DNA of 54,788 nt from a virus. Taxonomy: Duplodnaviria > Caudoviricetes. The translations under genes were made by a program, and so were the position numbers. Positions 17,558 to 27,739 of the stretch are shown piece after piece. The stretch lies in IMG/VR virus record IMGVR_UViG_3300037493_002677, positions 1-54,788 of that record; one strand, written 5' to 3'. The notes under the pieces were generated by a model. The model was not told the DNA's origin, did no database searches, and was given only the letters and a program-made list of their open reading frames with translations. How positions within the stretch are numbered: the stretch's first letter is position 1; every line of letters starts with the position of its first letter.

Positions 17558-17956
17558 ATGGGAATAACGCGCATCACAATTGAGCTGCCGGACAACATTT
17601 TAGAGAAGCTGGACGAAGAGGCTAAGAACTTAATGGCTCAGGAATCTCGCCCCTCCCAATTTGAATGGTTGAATGGCACACCTGAGGGCAAGGAGCTTTT
17701 AATTGACATAACCTGCCGCGGCAAATATAACAGGCTCTCTAATATAGAGATGAACTCGATGATCCGCAAAATGTATACAGACGCGACGGGCGGCGTAAAA
17801 ATGGGGAGGCCAGCGCTGGGCACATACAGGTCTCAAGTAGTTGCTAAGCTAGTGCAGGATATGGTGCTGAGTCCTGTAGTAGCGCGAAAGCAAGTAAAAC
17901 AGTGGAGTATTATGGCTGAGGCCGTAGAGCAAAGAGCCGCGAGGATGGGCTTGTGA
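17558..17956 (+). CDS. Putative ribbon-helix-helix-like regulator
   Basis: RITIELPDNILEKLDEEA (RHH strand and helix A) and a distal RSQVVAKLV (helix B-like). Confidence 0.45.
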   Translation: MGITRITIELPDNILEKLDEEAKNLMAQESRPSQFEWLNGTPEGKELLIDITCRGKYNRLSNIEMNSMIRKMYTDATGGVKMGRPALGTYRSQVVAKLVQDMVLSPVVARKQVKQWSIMAEAVEQRAARMGL

Positions 17957-19980
17957 GCCGCGCTACCGAGAAGCTGGCCTCCTCAGGTCTGTCAAAAGAC
18001 TTAGCCAAGGAGCTGGGTATATGGGCCCATACGGACGCGAGCAAGCTCGACAATGCCTTCCACAAGGTCGAAGCCCTCCAACTGACCTACCGCGACCTGG
18101 ATGGCTCTGACACTGGTTTTTATCGTCTCCGGTATCTGCAAGACCCGCCCGGCTTCGGAGCTCAGTTAGCCAAACCTCAAAGATACGTGCAGCAGAAGGA
18201 CACGCTCAATTGGATATACCTCCCCCACTGTACAGATGTCAATGGCGTTAAGGCAAATTGGGAAGCCTTGAGCAAAGATTCAAGCAGAGCCCTGCTGATT
18301 ACAGAGGGCGAGTTCAAAGCCGCTTGCGCGCAAGTCCATGGCTTCGACACGATTGCGTTGGGCGGAGTTACCATGTGGCAGAGTGCCAAGCGAGGAGTCT
18401 CTCTACTGCCGCCGCTTGACAAATTCAATTGGCGTGCACGCTCAGTCACTATTGTCTTTGACTCAGATGCGGCCATCAACCCGCAAGTTGCCAAGGCCTC
18501 AGTACGATTGGCTAAAATGTTGGTCTTGCACGGTGCAATCGTAAGAATTGCCTCCCTCCCCGCTGCCATCAATGGCGACAAGCAAGGATTAGACGATTTC
18601 CTGGTAGCGGGCCAAGACCTGAGCGCCGTGCTCTTAGAAGCTAAGCCGTTGGAGTTCGGTGAGTACCTGGCCGAGTTCAACGATCAATATGCCTATGTCA
18701 AAGATCAGGATGTGATCATAGACTTCGACACAGCACACAGATACAAACGAGACAGCTTCCTGAATGGGCTGCATGCCAACACAAAAGTCGTTGAGTTCCA
18801 AGTAATGCAGAACGGTGCCAATAAGCGGATCGAGCTGAGCGTGCCGAAAGAGTGGCTGCAATGGCCGGCGCGCCGAGACGCTAATCGTTTGGTCTACGAG
18901 CCAGGTAAGCCGAGATTGACACAAGGCGGCAGTTTCAACTCTTGGAAGTCGTGGGGCTGTGTGCCATGTAAGGGCGACATCAGTCCTTGGAACGATTTGA
19001 TGGAGTACGTGTTCTCTGAGTCGCCGAAAGATCGCAAATGGTTTGAGCAATGGTGTGCTGCCCCCATTCAGCAGCCCGGTCTGAAGATGTATTCCGGTTG
19101 CCTATTTTGGGGCCCTGAGACAGGCACGGGCAAATCGCTGATCGGTGTCACGATCGGACGAATCTACGGCCATGACAACTTCACCGTCGTTGAGAATGCC
19201 GATTTGTTCTCCACCTTCAACGAGTGGGCAGTCAACAAGCAATTCATAATGGGTGACGAAATTAGTGGCACAGACAAACGGCATGAGGCCGACAAGCTGA
19301 AGTCGCTGATTACTCGTGGAAAAGTCCGGATCAATATGAAGCACCTCCCCACGTATGAAGTTACTGACTGCGCAAATTACTTCTTCACTTCCAACCATGC
19401 CGATGGACTGTTTCTGGAGGACCGGGATCGGAGGTGGTTCATACATAGGATGCCGGTTAAGCTGAAGGAGCGGAGCTTCTATGTCAAGTTCATGAAGTGG
19501 TTGGACGAACAAGGAGGCAAAGAAGCGTTGATGGCGCACCTCTTGGAGGTGAGCTTGGAGGGGTTCGATCCAGGCGCTCCGGCACCGCTCACGTCAGCCA
19601 AGCTTGAGATGATCGACCATGCCAAGAGTGACGTGGGCGCGTTCGTGCAAGACTTGCAACATAACCTTGAGGAGGGCCTCGAGAAGATCAAGCAGCACTG
19701 GTCATTGCCCGAGGCGCCGGACATTGTGTTGAACAAGCACCTCCTTACGTTGTATGATCCGGACGAGAAGACCAGGGTAACCAGTCGCGGCATCGGCCGA
19801 GCATTGGCAGCGGCCTCGGTTAAAAGTTTCTCCGTCAATCGAACCGCTGCCTTCGGCACGCAACGGTTCTACGTACTGAGAAACGGAGAGCATTGGCTAA
19901 CGTGTGCACCCGAAGTAGTGCGCGAATATATTGACAAAGTTTACCGGCCTACGCCGGTCCACAAGAAGGGGAAATACTAA
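17953..19980 (+). CDS. Primase-helicase (DUF3854/Toprim primase + SF3/D5-like helicase)
   Basis: LLITEGEFKA, IVFDSD, GLDDFL Toprim motifs; GPETGTGKS Walker A, MGDE Walker B, FTSN, DRRW. Confidence 0.88.
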   Translation: MSRATEKLASSGLSKDLAKELGIWAHTDASKLDNAFHKVEALQLTYRDLDGSDTGFYRLRYLQDPPGFGAQLAKPQRYVQQKDTLNWIYLPHCTDVNGVKANWEALSKDSSRALLITEGEFKAACAQVHGFDTIALGGVTMWQSAKRGVSLLPPLDKFNWRARSVTIVFDSDAAINPQVAKASVRLAKMLVLHGAIVRIASLPAAINGDKQGLDDFLVAGQDLSAVLLEAKPLEFGEYLAEFNDQYAYVKDQDVIIDFDTAHRYKRDSFLNGLHANTKVVEFQVMQNGANKRIELSVPKEWLQWPARRDANRLVYEPGKPRLTQGGSFNSWKSWGCVPCKGDISPWNDLMEYVFSESPKDRKWFEQWCAAPIQQPGLKMYSGCLFWGPETGTGKSLIGVTIGRIYGHDNFTVVENADLFSTFNEWAVNKQFIMGDEISGTDKRHEADKLKSLITRGKVRINMKHLPTYEVTDCANYFFTSNHADGLFLEDRDRRWFIHRMPVKLKERSFYVKFMKWLDEQGGKEALMAHLLEVSLEGFDPGAPAPLTSAKLEMIDHAKSDVGAFVQDLQHNLEEGLEKIKQHWSLPEAPDIVLNKHLLTLYDPDEKTRVTSRGIGRALAAASVKSFSVNRTAAFGTQRFYVLRNGEHWLTCAPEVVREYIDKVYRPTPVHKKGKY

Positions 19981-20154
19981 ATGAAGTTCAAAGCAGGAGA
20001 GCTGGTAATGAAGGTCGGCGGTAGCTACCAGGCCGCTGGCATAATCGTCGCGGCCTTTACGACGACGCAAGGCGCCGAGCGCTACGTCTTCGAGTTTGAA
20101 AGTCCCGCAGGGATGTTGCATATTTTTGGGCCACAACAACTGGAGAAGAGATGA
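19981..20154 (+). CDS. Small hypothetical protein (not in the ORF track)
   Basis: MKFKAGELVMKVGGSY...MLHIFGPQQLEKR; ATGA overlap with the next gene. Confidence 0.6.
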   Translation: MKFKAGELVMKVGGSYQAAGIIVAAFTTTQGAERYVFEFESPAGMLHIFGPQQLEKR

Positions 20155-20600
20155 GCTACTTTAACGACGTGAAGAAGTTCCACGATAAATTCAACTTGAG
20201 CTACGACGGGCCTCCGCGGGTACTGAGCGCCGAAGAGCAGGGATTCCGGTGGAGGTTTCTCAACGAGGAGCTTGCCGAAGTGAAGGAGGCTCTGTTGGAG
20301 GAGGACGTTGCACAGGTCGCCGGGGAGCTGGCGGACGTTATTTGGATTGCATGTGGGATGGCACACAGAATGGGGATCAATCTGGATTCGCACTGGTCAG
20401 CCATACGCGATGCGAACATGGCCAAGGTAAAGGCTTCCGCCGAGAATCCAGGAAAACGTGGTAATGCCATGGACATAGTTAAGCCGCCAGGTTGGCAGCG
20501 GCCGAACCACGACGAGATTCTGGAGCGTACTCGGCAGACGTATGAGGCCGACGAATACCAAACGCGTATGGCCATTGCCAAGGTCTTTGCGGACGACTAA
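20151..20600 (+). CDS. MazG-like (PRA-PH family) nucleoside triphosphate pyrophosphohydrolase
   Basis: DVKKFHDKF...EELAE...ELADV...ANMAK...VKPPGW. Confidence 0.85.
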   Translation: MSYFNDVKKFHDKFNLSYDGPPRVLSAEEQGFRWRFLNEELAEVKEALLEEDVAQVAGELADVIWIACGMAHRMGINLDSHWSAIRDANMAKVKASAENPGKRGNAMDIVKPPGWQRPNHDEILERTRQTYEADEYQTRMAIAKVFADD

Positions 20601-20691
20601 TAAGAACGTGCGATGTGCCCGCCCGCGTGCGTATAGCACAGTTACTAGGAAATGTACAGCTATTTAGTTTCTAGGCCCTAGCAAATAGTTG

Positions 20692-20720
20692 TTTACAAGT
20701 CCTAGCGTTCCTAGTATAAT
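20692..20720 (+). promoter_or_regulatory. Early sigma70 promoter
   Basis: TTTACA-17 bp-TATAAT. Confidence 0.75.
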
Positions 20721-20775
20721 TCAAACATCGACTCAAGCAATCCTGCTGAGTCTGACAACTGAAAGGAAGAATACC

Positions 20776-21090
20776 ATGGATGCCAAGACCCTCTCCGCGA
20801 TGTCCCTCACCGACCTGTCCGCTGTGTACAACAAGTATGCCGCCAAGCCGATCAAGAAATTCTCTTGCTCCAAAGATGCGGCCATCGCCAAGATTCTCCC
20901 GCTGCTCCCGACCAAGGCCACGTCCACCAAGAAGCTTGGCATTGGCAAAATGACGGTCGAGCTGCTTAAGGATGGCAACAAGCCCGCCGACGTGTTGGCT
21001 GCTCTCCGCAAGCACTTCAAGGCTGATGTGTCGAGCATGCAATCCGTGTATTGGTATTCCTCCAAGATCAAAACCGGCGACATCGAATAA
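20776..21090 (+). CDS. Small basic putative DNA-binding protein (paralog of the C-terminus of 35074-35709)
   Basis: ATG 20776 with AAAGGA; KKLGIG..VELLKDG..ADVLAALRKHF...SVYWY. Confidence 0.65.
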   Translation: MDAKTLSAMSLTDLSAVYNKYAAKPIKKFSCSKDAAIAKILPLLPTKATSTKKLGIGKMTVELLKDGNKPADVLAALRKHFKADVSSMQSVYWYSSKIKTGDIE

Positions 21091-21154
21091 GAGTCCCGCT
21101 TCGAGGGGGTCACACCCCTCCGAGCAGTATTCTTTCCAACCAAAGGAGATGACC

Positions 21155-22566
21155 ATGAGTGCAACAGCTACAACTTTGATGGGCGCGATCAGCTTGCATC
21201 GTCGGCAGAAAGCCGGCGCTGTGTTCTTCGCAGACTACTGTGCCTTCGCAGGCCGCATGGCTGCCCAACTCATCGGCGAGGGGTGCTGATCATGATGAGC
21301 CTGGACCCCGCCGTTGAGCCCGTAGCAGCCCCGATCGAAGTAGCCAAGCCCGATACCCTCGGCAAGTTGACCGAAGCCCTGATGGCCCTTATAGGGCCCC
21401 GTATCGAGGAGTTGGTTGCTGCCGCAGTCGAGTCGAGGCTTGAGAACTTCGTCAAAGATGCCGTGCAAGAGGCCATTGAATCGGAGGACTTCAATAATGC
21501 GGTGGAGTGCGTGGTAGACAATATCGAGTTCACCGTCGAAGCCCGCACCAACAACGGCCGTCGTTACCGCTAAGGAGCCAAGAGCCATGTTCACTGAAGC
21601 CCAATGGCAAGCAAGCATTGCCAAGTTAGCAACTGAGTTCGCCGCGGAGCTTACGCAGTCCCTCACGGTCGCCGAAGCATTCCAGGTAGCTGAGGCCCAA
21701 GGCGCCGAGACCGACGACACCGTGTGCCACCTGCATGACGTCTGCGACGCAAACATGGTCATGGAGGCTGCGTTCAAGCGGGTCTTCAATGACGAGCCCG
21801 ACCTCAATGACGAGGACCTGGACGTCGCGCTGTGGAACGCTGCGTGGCCCATTGGTCGTCAAGCCTTTTTTGCAAGGGTGCTGCCATGAACAAGCTGACA
21901 CAAGACATCATGGATCGCTGTGGCTGTTCTAAGGCCGTGGCGCTGAAGATCCAAGACCAGGTGGAGAATGCGCTTGACCTCTCAGAATGTTCATGGGAGG
22001 CCCTTTACAGTGTCATTGATTGTCATTGGGCGAGTATTAAGGGCTCAGTGCCTAGAGCTGAGGACGTGGCTGCAGCGAAGGCAGACATATACAACGACCA
22101 CGTAAAATGTGGAGAGGTGTGAGATGAGCTACAAGGTGAAGATCCTGCCCGCGAACGCAGCAGCCGGGTGGTTGGCAAATGGAGGCAAGAGCAGCATGCC
22201 AACATACTACCCGCATCCAGGGCCCGCGCGCATAGCGGCTCAGAACTACGTGGCTCGGCACCCTGGAGACGTGTGCGAAGTCATGACGTGGAAAGACGAG
22301 GCCGTCGTGGAGGTGGTGCAATGAACATGTCATGGGAGGGACTGTTCATGACGGGGCCGAAGTTGAAAGCCAAGGTGGTGCCGGTGACTAAGCCCCAAGC
22401 TACCTCACGCCGATGCACTGCGTGCGAGAAGATGGTCCCGGTCAGTGACTTCGAGACTAAAGGCAAGCGCGACAGCGGCAGCATAAAGTATGGCTCCAAC
22501 TGCTTACCTTGCGCGGCCAAGAGGAACCGTGAGGTAAGAGCCCGGAAACGTGGTGGCGTGCTGTAA
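21155..22566 (+). CDS. Cluster of six small early hypothetical ORFs (21155-21289, ~21283-21573, 21587-21889, 21886-22122, 22124-22324, 22321-22566; the last has two CxxC pairs)
   Basis: Tightly packed co-oriented ORFs with SD sequences and ATGA overlaps. Confidence 0.55.
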
Positions 22567-22575
22567 GCATTAGGG

Positions 22576-22604
22576 GTTACACAGTGCTATTTTCCTAGTA
22601 GAAT
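22576..22604 (+). promoter_or_regulatory. Early sigma70 promoter
   Basis: GTTACA-17 bp-TAGAAT. Confidence 0.65.
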
Positions 22605-22655
22605 ATCATCATCGGCTCGGTCATGTTGATCGGGCTTGACAACCAGGAGATGATC

Positions 22656-23381
22656 ATGGAAGACGACAAGAAGGCGTGGGCGAAGGACAAAGTGGCCAAG
22701 CTCATGGCATTGGCCAAGAATTCCGCGGCTACCGAGAACGAGGCCGAGCGGGCCTTGTCCCAAGCCGAGTCGCTGATGCGCAAGTATGGCATCGACCAAG
22801 CCGAGTGTGTCCTGAACGGCGCGCCCAATACGTTTGACTGGTCTTCGAGCTTCACACCTTATGGGAACCGTTACCATCAAGCCGCTACGCTCCCGTTGTG
22901 GTATCAGTTCGTTGCTACGGGCGTTGCAACCTTCACCGACACCATTGTCCGTACGCACACCGACAAAACGACGGGCATGGGTGTCGGGTTCTACGGCGAG
23001 CGTGGCGACATTGCTTTCGCAGTGTGGCTGATGGACTACCTGCGGGACACCGTGCAAGCCTCTGCCGTCGCGCATAAAGAGCTTAGCCGTGCAGATAGGG
23101 AGGCCTTCCGCAAAGGCATGGCGACCCGTTTAAGCAAGCGCATGCGCGACCTAAGAGCCGAGCGCGATGTGGCTTTCAAGGCAGGTACGGGTACAGCCCT
23201 GGTCGTCGTCAGCGACAAGCTCGCCAAGCGAGACCAGGAATTTGGGGTAGCCAAGTACAAGACAAGCAAAGTGGTGGCCACCAATGCAGCCGCTGCGGCC
23301 ATGGGAAGAGCCGCTGCTGACAAGGTTGGCCTCGGTCGTCCGGTAGGTGCGCAGCAACAGCGCGCTATGCTCGCAGCATGA
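22656..23381 (+). CDS. DUF2786-domain protein
   Basis: KVAKLMALA...ENEAERALSQAESLMRKYGI; FYG..D; FRKG; start at ATG 22656 (or 22650). Confidence 0.8.
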   Translation: MEDDKKAWAKDKVAKLMALAKNSAATENEAERALSQAESLMRKYGIDQAECVLNGAPNTFDWSSSFTPYGNRYHQAATLPLWYQFVATGVATFTDTIVRTHTDKTTGMGVGFYGERGDIAFAVWLMDYLRDTVQASAVAHKELSRADREAFRKGMATRLSKRMRDLRAERDVAFKAGTGTALVVVSDKLAKRDQEFGVAKYKTSKVVATNAAAAAMGRAAADKVGLGRPVGAQQQRAMLAA

Positions 23382-23713
23382 GAATGTGGATGGTCCCACC
23401 TGGGGAGCTGTGCAACAAGCACCTCCTCGGCGAGCACGGTGAGCTGCACAAGTTCCTCCATAATTGGGTGAAGCAACACAAGATCATCGGCCGCATCGCC
23501 GGCAATGCCATGGAGCCGGGGAGCTACAAGGCTCGGCACGATGTGCTCGCCGCTGAGATGCTAGCTCGGGGGATGAACCATCAATCCCCGCTTGAGCAGC
23601 CCGACTTCAGCTACCTGCCCATGACTCAGCAGGCCTTCAAAGTGGACGTTGCAGCTAACCGATGGCTGCTCCACGAGCGCTGCGAAAATTGTGCATCGAA
23701 GTCCATTTCATGA
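23378..23713 (+). CDS. Pyrimidine-dimer DNA glycosylase (DenV)-like protein
   Basis: MRMW.V.P..LC.KHLLGEH.ELH...RH..L..EM..RG.NH.SPL. Confidence 0.7.
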   Translation: MRMWMVPPGELCNKHLLGEHGELHKFLHNWVKQHKIIGRIAGNAMEPGSYKARHDVLAAEMLARGMNHQSPLEQPDFSYLPMTQQAFKVDVAANRWLLHERCENCASKSIS

Positions 23714-23750
23714 CATAATTAAGCCACGGTTAATTTTTGAGGATACGACC

Positions 23751-24317
23751 ATGGCACAAGAGATTGCGCGAGGAACAGTCAGAGAGTCTGATGGGCGCAT
23801 GTATTGGGGGACGTACAATACTAAACTAAAGTCAGGCGGCATACGCAAGTCCCAACTTTGGCTCTCTCCAGAGAAGTTCGTAAAAAGACGGGTACAAAAC
23901 AATGGGTGCTCAAAGGCTACACGCAAGGCGAATGCGCATCTAAACAACGAGGCGCACGCTAAACGGAAGGCTTCTGTACAAAGGGCTATGGAGAAGCGAG
24001 CAAGCCTATGGCCAATTGATGCACTGTTACGATCTGCTAAGGTACGGGCATTTAGGAAAGGTCTGCCGTACAACTTGACTAGGGAGCTAGTTGTACCGCT
24101 TACGTGCCCGTTATTGGGAATCCCACTCAAACGTGGGAAGCTTAAAATTGAACCGGGCTCCCCGTCAATTGACCGCAAGAACCCAACCAAGGGGTACACA
24201 ATGGGCAACGTATGGGTGATCTCATTTAGGGCGAACGCTATTAAGCAGGACGCAACTTTGGAGGAGCTGGAGTTACTTGTAAAAAACCTCAGAGCATTAG
24301 GGGTTACTAGTAGCTAG
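23751..24317 (+). CDS. HNH homing endonuclease
   Basis: CPLLG...SPSIDRKNPTKGYTMGNVWVISFRANAIK. Confidence 0.8.
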   Translation: MAQEIARGTVRESDGRMYWGTYNTKLKSGGIRKSQLWLSPEKFVKRRVQNNGCSKATRKANAHLNNEAHAKRKASVQRAMEKRASLWPIDALLRSAKVRAFRKGLPYNLTRELVVPLTCPLLGIPLKRGKLKIEPGSPSIDRKNPTKGYTMGNVWVISFRANAIKQDATLEELELLVKNLRALGVTSS

Positions 24318-24331
24318 CGTTATAGTATAAT
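24303..24331 (+). promoter_or_regulatory. Early sigma70 promoter
   Basis: GTTACT-17 bp-TATAAT; spacer resembles that of the 20692 promoter (CTAGCGTT..TAGTATAAT). Confidence 0.7.
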
Positions 24332-24374
24332 TACCATATCAACTCAATTGAGTTTGACAACTAAGGAGATTCAA

Positions 24375-25346
24375 ATGGCACATGAGCTTGCATTCTTCAC
24401 AGATGGTCGGGCAAGACTTGCATATTGTGGCGAAACTCCATGGCATTCTTTGGGGACTCAACTAACGCCCGATGCTTCGATAGAAACCTGGGCACGCGAG
24501 TCTGGAATGGACTTCGAGATTCTTGGTGCACCGGTTACATTCAAAGCAGCAAGCGGGAAGACCTATGCGCAGGGCACTCGACAGGTGCTTTACCGCGCGG
24601 ATACTGATGAGCCGCTAGGCGTCGTGGGCAATAAGTACAAAGTGGTCCAGCCAATTACCATCCTCGAGTTCTTCCGTAACCTCGTTGCTGATCAGGGGTT
24701 TGAACTCGAAACAGCCGGAGTCTTATTTAATGGTTCGAAATATTTCGCCATGGCTAGGACAGGCAACGAGCTGAAGTTAGCAGGTGATGACAAGGTGAGG
24801 CAATTCCTTCTTCTTATGACCGCCTGCGATGGCTCTCTCCGCACGACTGCCAAGATGGTAGAGACGAGAGTAGTATGCAATAACACTATCCAGCAAGCCG
24901 CAGCAGAGGGCGGAGGCGCGGAGGTAAAGGTTTCCCACAGCTCCACCTTTGATGCTGGGCAAGTACAGATGGACATGGGTGTCTTCAACGATCTATGGAA
25001 GGCTCGTGCCGTACAGATGCGCGCACTATCCAAAGCAAAGATCTCTGCTGAGCAGGCCATCCGCTTTGTGGTGGATCTAGTGGGCGACAACGCTCGTCCG
25101 CTGGAAGACAACAAGTCGATCCCCGCAGTTGGAAAGATTCTCGGCTTGTATGCTGGGAATGGTCGTGGCTCTGAGTTGGCGTCGGCACACGGCACTGCAT
25201 GGGGAATTGTGAACGCAATTTCAGAGTATACTGACTACCACATTGGAAAAGATCAGAACCGCCGACTGGAGTCTGCTTACGCCTATGGTGGAGCTAACCT
25301 CAAGATGGCGGCGTTCGAAAAGGCAATGGCGTTTGTAACTGCCTAA
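24375..25346 (+). CDS. DUF932 phage/plasmid protein
   Basis: ETPWHSLG...LGVVG.KYKVVQP...ETAG.L...DGS...RVVCNNT...GTAWG.VNA.SEY.D. Confidence 0.85.
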   Translation: MAHELAFFTDGRARLAYCGETPWHSLGTQLTPDASIETWARESGMDFEILGAPVTFKAASGKTYAQGTRQVLYRADTDEPLGVVGNKYKVVQPITILEFFRNLVADQGFELETAGVLFNGSKYFAMARTGNELKLAGDDKVRQFLLLMTACDGSLRTTAKMVETRVVCNNTIQQAAAEGGGAEVKVSHSSTFDAGQVQMDMGVFNDLWKARAVQMRALSKAKISAEQAIRFVVDLVGDNARPLEDNKSIPAVGKILGLYAGNGRGSELASAHGTAWGIVNAISEYTDYHIGKDQNRRLESAYAYGGANLKMAAFEKAMAFVTA

Positions 25347-25398
25347 TTGACTAACTCGGTCCGGGGGATTCGCCCCTGGGCCTGACAAGGAGAGCATC

Positions 25399-25791
25399 AT
25401 GGCAAAAGTAAAATATCCAAAGCAGATTGGCGCATGCATCGATTTGCTGTATGAGAACCGAGCCAAGCGCTTGGAGGCCAACAAGGTGGTGGTGGCGATG
25501 AAGGCCGAGGAAGCCCTGCTCGAGGACCACATCCTTGCTACGTTTGCCAAGAGCGAACTGCGTGGAGCCAAGGGCGACATCTGCACGGCCGCGATCAAGA
25601 TGGACGTGACGGTCAATGTGACGGATTGGGATAAGTATCTTGCCTATGCCGTGAAGAATAAAGCATGGGACATGCTGCGGAAGCAGCCCACGGTCGAGTC
25701 TGTCAAGGCGCGGTGGGCGGACGGCAAGGAAGTGCCCGGTGTCGAGCCGTTCACCAAAATCTCCCTCTCCTTGACTAAGGCGGGATCATGA
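25399..25791 (+). CDS. Conserved replication-module hypothetical protein
   Basis: 130 aa coiled coil, V.DWD..., G..VPGV; AAGGAG RBS. Confidence 0.65.
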   Translation: MAKVKYPKQIGACIDLLYENRAKRLEANKVVVAMKAEEALLEDHILATFAKSELRGAKGDICTAAIKMDVTVNVTDWDKYLAYAVKNKAWDMLRKQPTVESVKARWADGKEVPGVEPFTKISLSLTKAGS

Positions 25792-26465
25792 TCCGCTGGA
25801 CATCCCGCGAGTGGGAGGCCGTCGCCAAGAACCTGGTAGCCCGGAGCGTCGACCCAAAGAAGCATGGGTGGAGGTCCGATATGCTGGAAGCTATGTGCAG
25901 TGAGCTACCCAAGAACAGGTGGCGGGAGCCTGGAAACCTGAACAACGCCAAGGAGATTCTGGTGCCGCTTATGGTCCAGATCCAAGCCGCGCCGAGCTGT
26001 TTTACGCCGGTTTCAGAGCCTGAAAAGGTCAAATCCGAGCCTCAAAACGAGGTCACCACCGAGTTCCTGCTGGTCGAGCTAGCTAAGCGCCTTGCCGTGT
26101 GGCTCGAGCCCGCCACGGCCCTTAAAACGAGCCCGGTGGACCGCGGTTTTTATACGCCACCGAGGCAAATTGAGCCCGAAAAGGTCGACATGCGGCCTCG
26201 GCTATTGGTTATTGGGCCCATAAATGGGCAGCAGCATGAGTTGTCTACGGCTCACCCTCGGCTGGACCTCCGCTTTGTGGCGTCTGATGAAGGACCTGCT
26301 CGAGTGGATGATCAAGGGCCGGCGTGCGACGAGATTATTCTATGGACGAACTACCTCAACCACCAGCATCAAGTGCATGCCAAGGCGACTAAGCGGCCGA
26401 CCTTCTATGTGTCTGGAGGCATGGCTGCATTGCATGCACGGCTAAAACAATGGGAGGCCGTATGA
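25788..26465 (+). CDS. Hypothetical protein
   Basis: 225 aa, ATGA-coupled, C-terminal alpha/beta domain. Confidence 0.55.
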   Translation: MIRWTSREWEAVAKNLVARSVDPKKHGWRSDMLEAMCSELPKNRWREPGNLNNAKEILVPLMVQIQAAPSCFTPVSEPEKVKSEPQNEVTTEFLLVELAKRLAVWLEPATALKTSPVDRGFYTPPRQIEPEKVDMRPRLLVIGPINGQQHELSTAHPRLDLRFVASDEGPARVDDQGPACDEIILWTNYLNHQHQVHAKATKRPTFYVSGGMAALHARLKQWEAV

Positions 26466-26941
26466 GAAACGTCTACGTCCTGGATACGGACCCGGTGCGG
26501 TGTGCCGAGATGCATTGCGACAACGACCTCGGCTTCTCAGCTCTGAACTATGCCGAGATACTAAGCGCTGCCCATATGAACAATGGGGGCATTACTGACA
26601 ACAAGCAAATCCACGTGCGGTGGGCAATGAACGACAAAGCTTGGTGCTGGCTTGGCCGACTTACACTCGCTTGCCTGGACGAGCAGATGCACCGCTTCGG
26701 CGTGGAGGACGAGTATGCTAGAGGCCTGCTTCGCTCGTTCACGCATGAGGATGACGAATTTACTTATCAACAGGGGTTACCTCGCTTCATTCAGTTGGTA
26801 AAATACAAATCAATCGGTGACCCGGTAGCTGCTTACCGAGGGCATTATATAAGGAGGCGAGCCCATGCAAGTTGGACGCGCCGAGGGCCTCCTGAATGGT
26901 GGGGCAATGCAAGTCATCAACTTGCGCTCCGTCTCTTGTGA
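26462..26941 (+). CDS. Second DenV-like family protein, possibly degenerate
   Basis: NVYVLD.DP..CAEMHCD...DPV.AYR..Y...WTRR.PPEW. Confidence 0.6.
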   Translation: MRNVYVLDTDPVRCAEMHCDNDLGFSALNYAEILSAAHMNNGGITDNKQIHVRWAMNDKAWCWLGRLTLACLDEQMHRFGVEDEYARGLLRSFTHEDDEFTYQQGLPRFIQLVKYKSIGDPVAAYRGHYIRRRAHASWTRRGPPEWWGNASHQLALRLL

Positions 26942-26965
26942 CTAGTACCTAGAAGGAGAAGTAGA

Positions 26966-27733
26966 ATGGTTGCTGCGAAAAAACCAGGCACGTCTATCGT
27001 GTCGTTTGAAGATCGCATGGCAAAGTATGCCAAGCAAACAGTGGAGACTGAGAAGCCCTCCGCTAGTGCATTTGTTTCAGTACGCGCAGGTCAATTGCAG
27101 TACGGCGGACAGCCTGTCGCCGGTAACAAGCTGGATGTCGTCATTGCCGGTTTTGGTTTCGAGAACGCCTACTATGTGGACGACTTCGATTCTGATAATC
27201 CCAAGAGCCCGGTGTGTTTCTCGTTCGCGTCGGAAGACGAAGGCGAGGACAGCATGGTGCCGCATCCCGATTCCATGGAGCCCCAGAGCGACGCTTGCAA
27301 AGGTTGTCAGTGGAACGAGTTTGGTTCCGCTGAGAAGGGCAAGGGTAAAGCGTGTAAGAATATCCGTCGCCTGGCGTTGCTGTCAGCCAAGCCGTTGACG
27401 GATGAGTCCATGCTGAAAGGTGAGATGGCCGTCCTCAAGACGCCCGTTACGTCGGTCAAAGGATGGAAACAGTACGCCAACACCGTTGCGACCGTGCATG
27501 GGCGTCCGCCGTTCTCCGTTGTCACCCAGCTGGGTTGCGTCCCGGATCCCAAGTCGCAATTCAAGTTGACCTTCGAGCACATGCTGAACATCGCGGAGGA
27601 GGTGGTCAATGCGATCGAGAAGCGCCGGGAGAGCATGGACTGTCTGCACATTCCTTACCAGCCCAACGAGGAAAAGCCAGCCAAGCCGGCACGTGGTAAG
27701 CCGGCAGCTAAGGGCAAAGCTTCCAAGTACTAA
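26966..27733 (+). CDS. Putative single-stranded DNA binding/annealing protein
   Basis: P.CFS...C..CQWNEFGS...GKGKACKN.RRLA motif found next to phage PolA genes. Confidence 0.6.
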   Translation: MVAAKKPGTSIVSFEDRMAKYAKQTVETEKPSASAFVSVRAGQLQYGGQPVAGNKLDVVIAGFGFENAYYVDDFDSDNPKSPVCFSFASEDEGEDSMVPHPDSMEPQSDACKGCQWNEFGSAEKGKGKACKNIRRLALLSAKPLTDESMLKGEMAVLKTPVTSVKGWKQYANTVATVHGRPPFSVVTQLGCVPDPKSQFKLTFEHMLNIAEEVVNAIEKRRESMDCLHIPYQPNEEKPAKPARGKPAAKGKASKY

Positions 27734-27739
27734 GATTTA

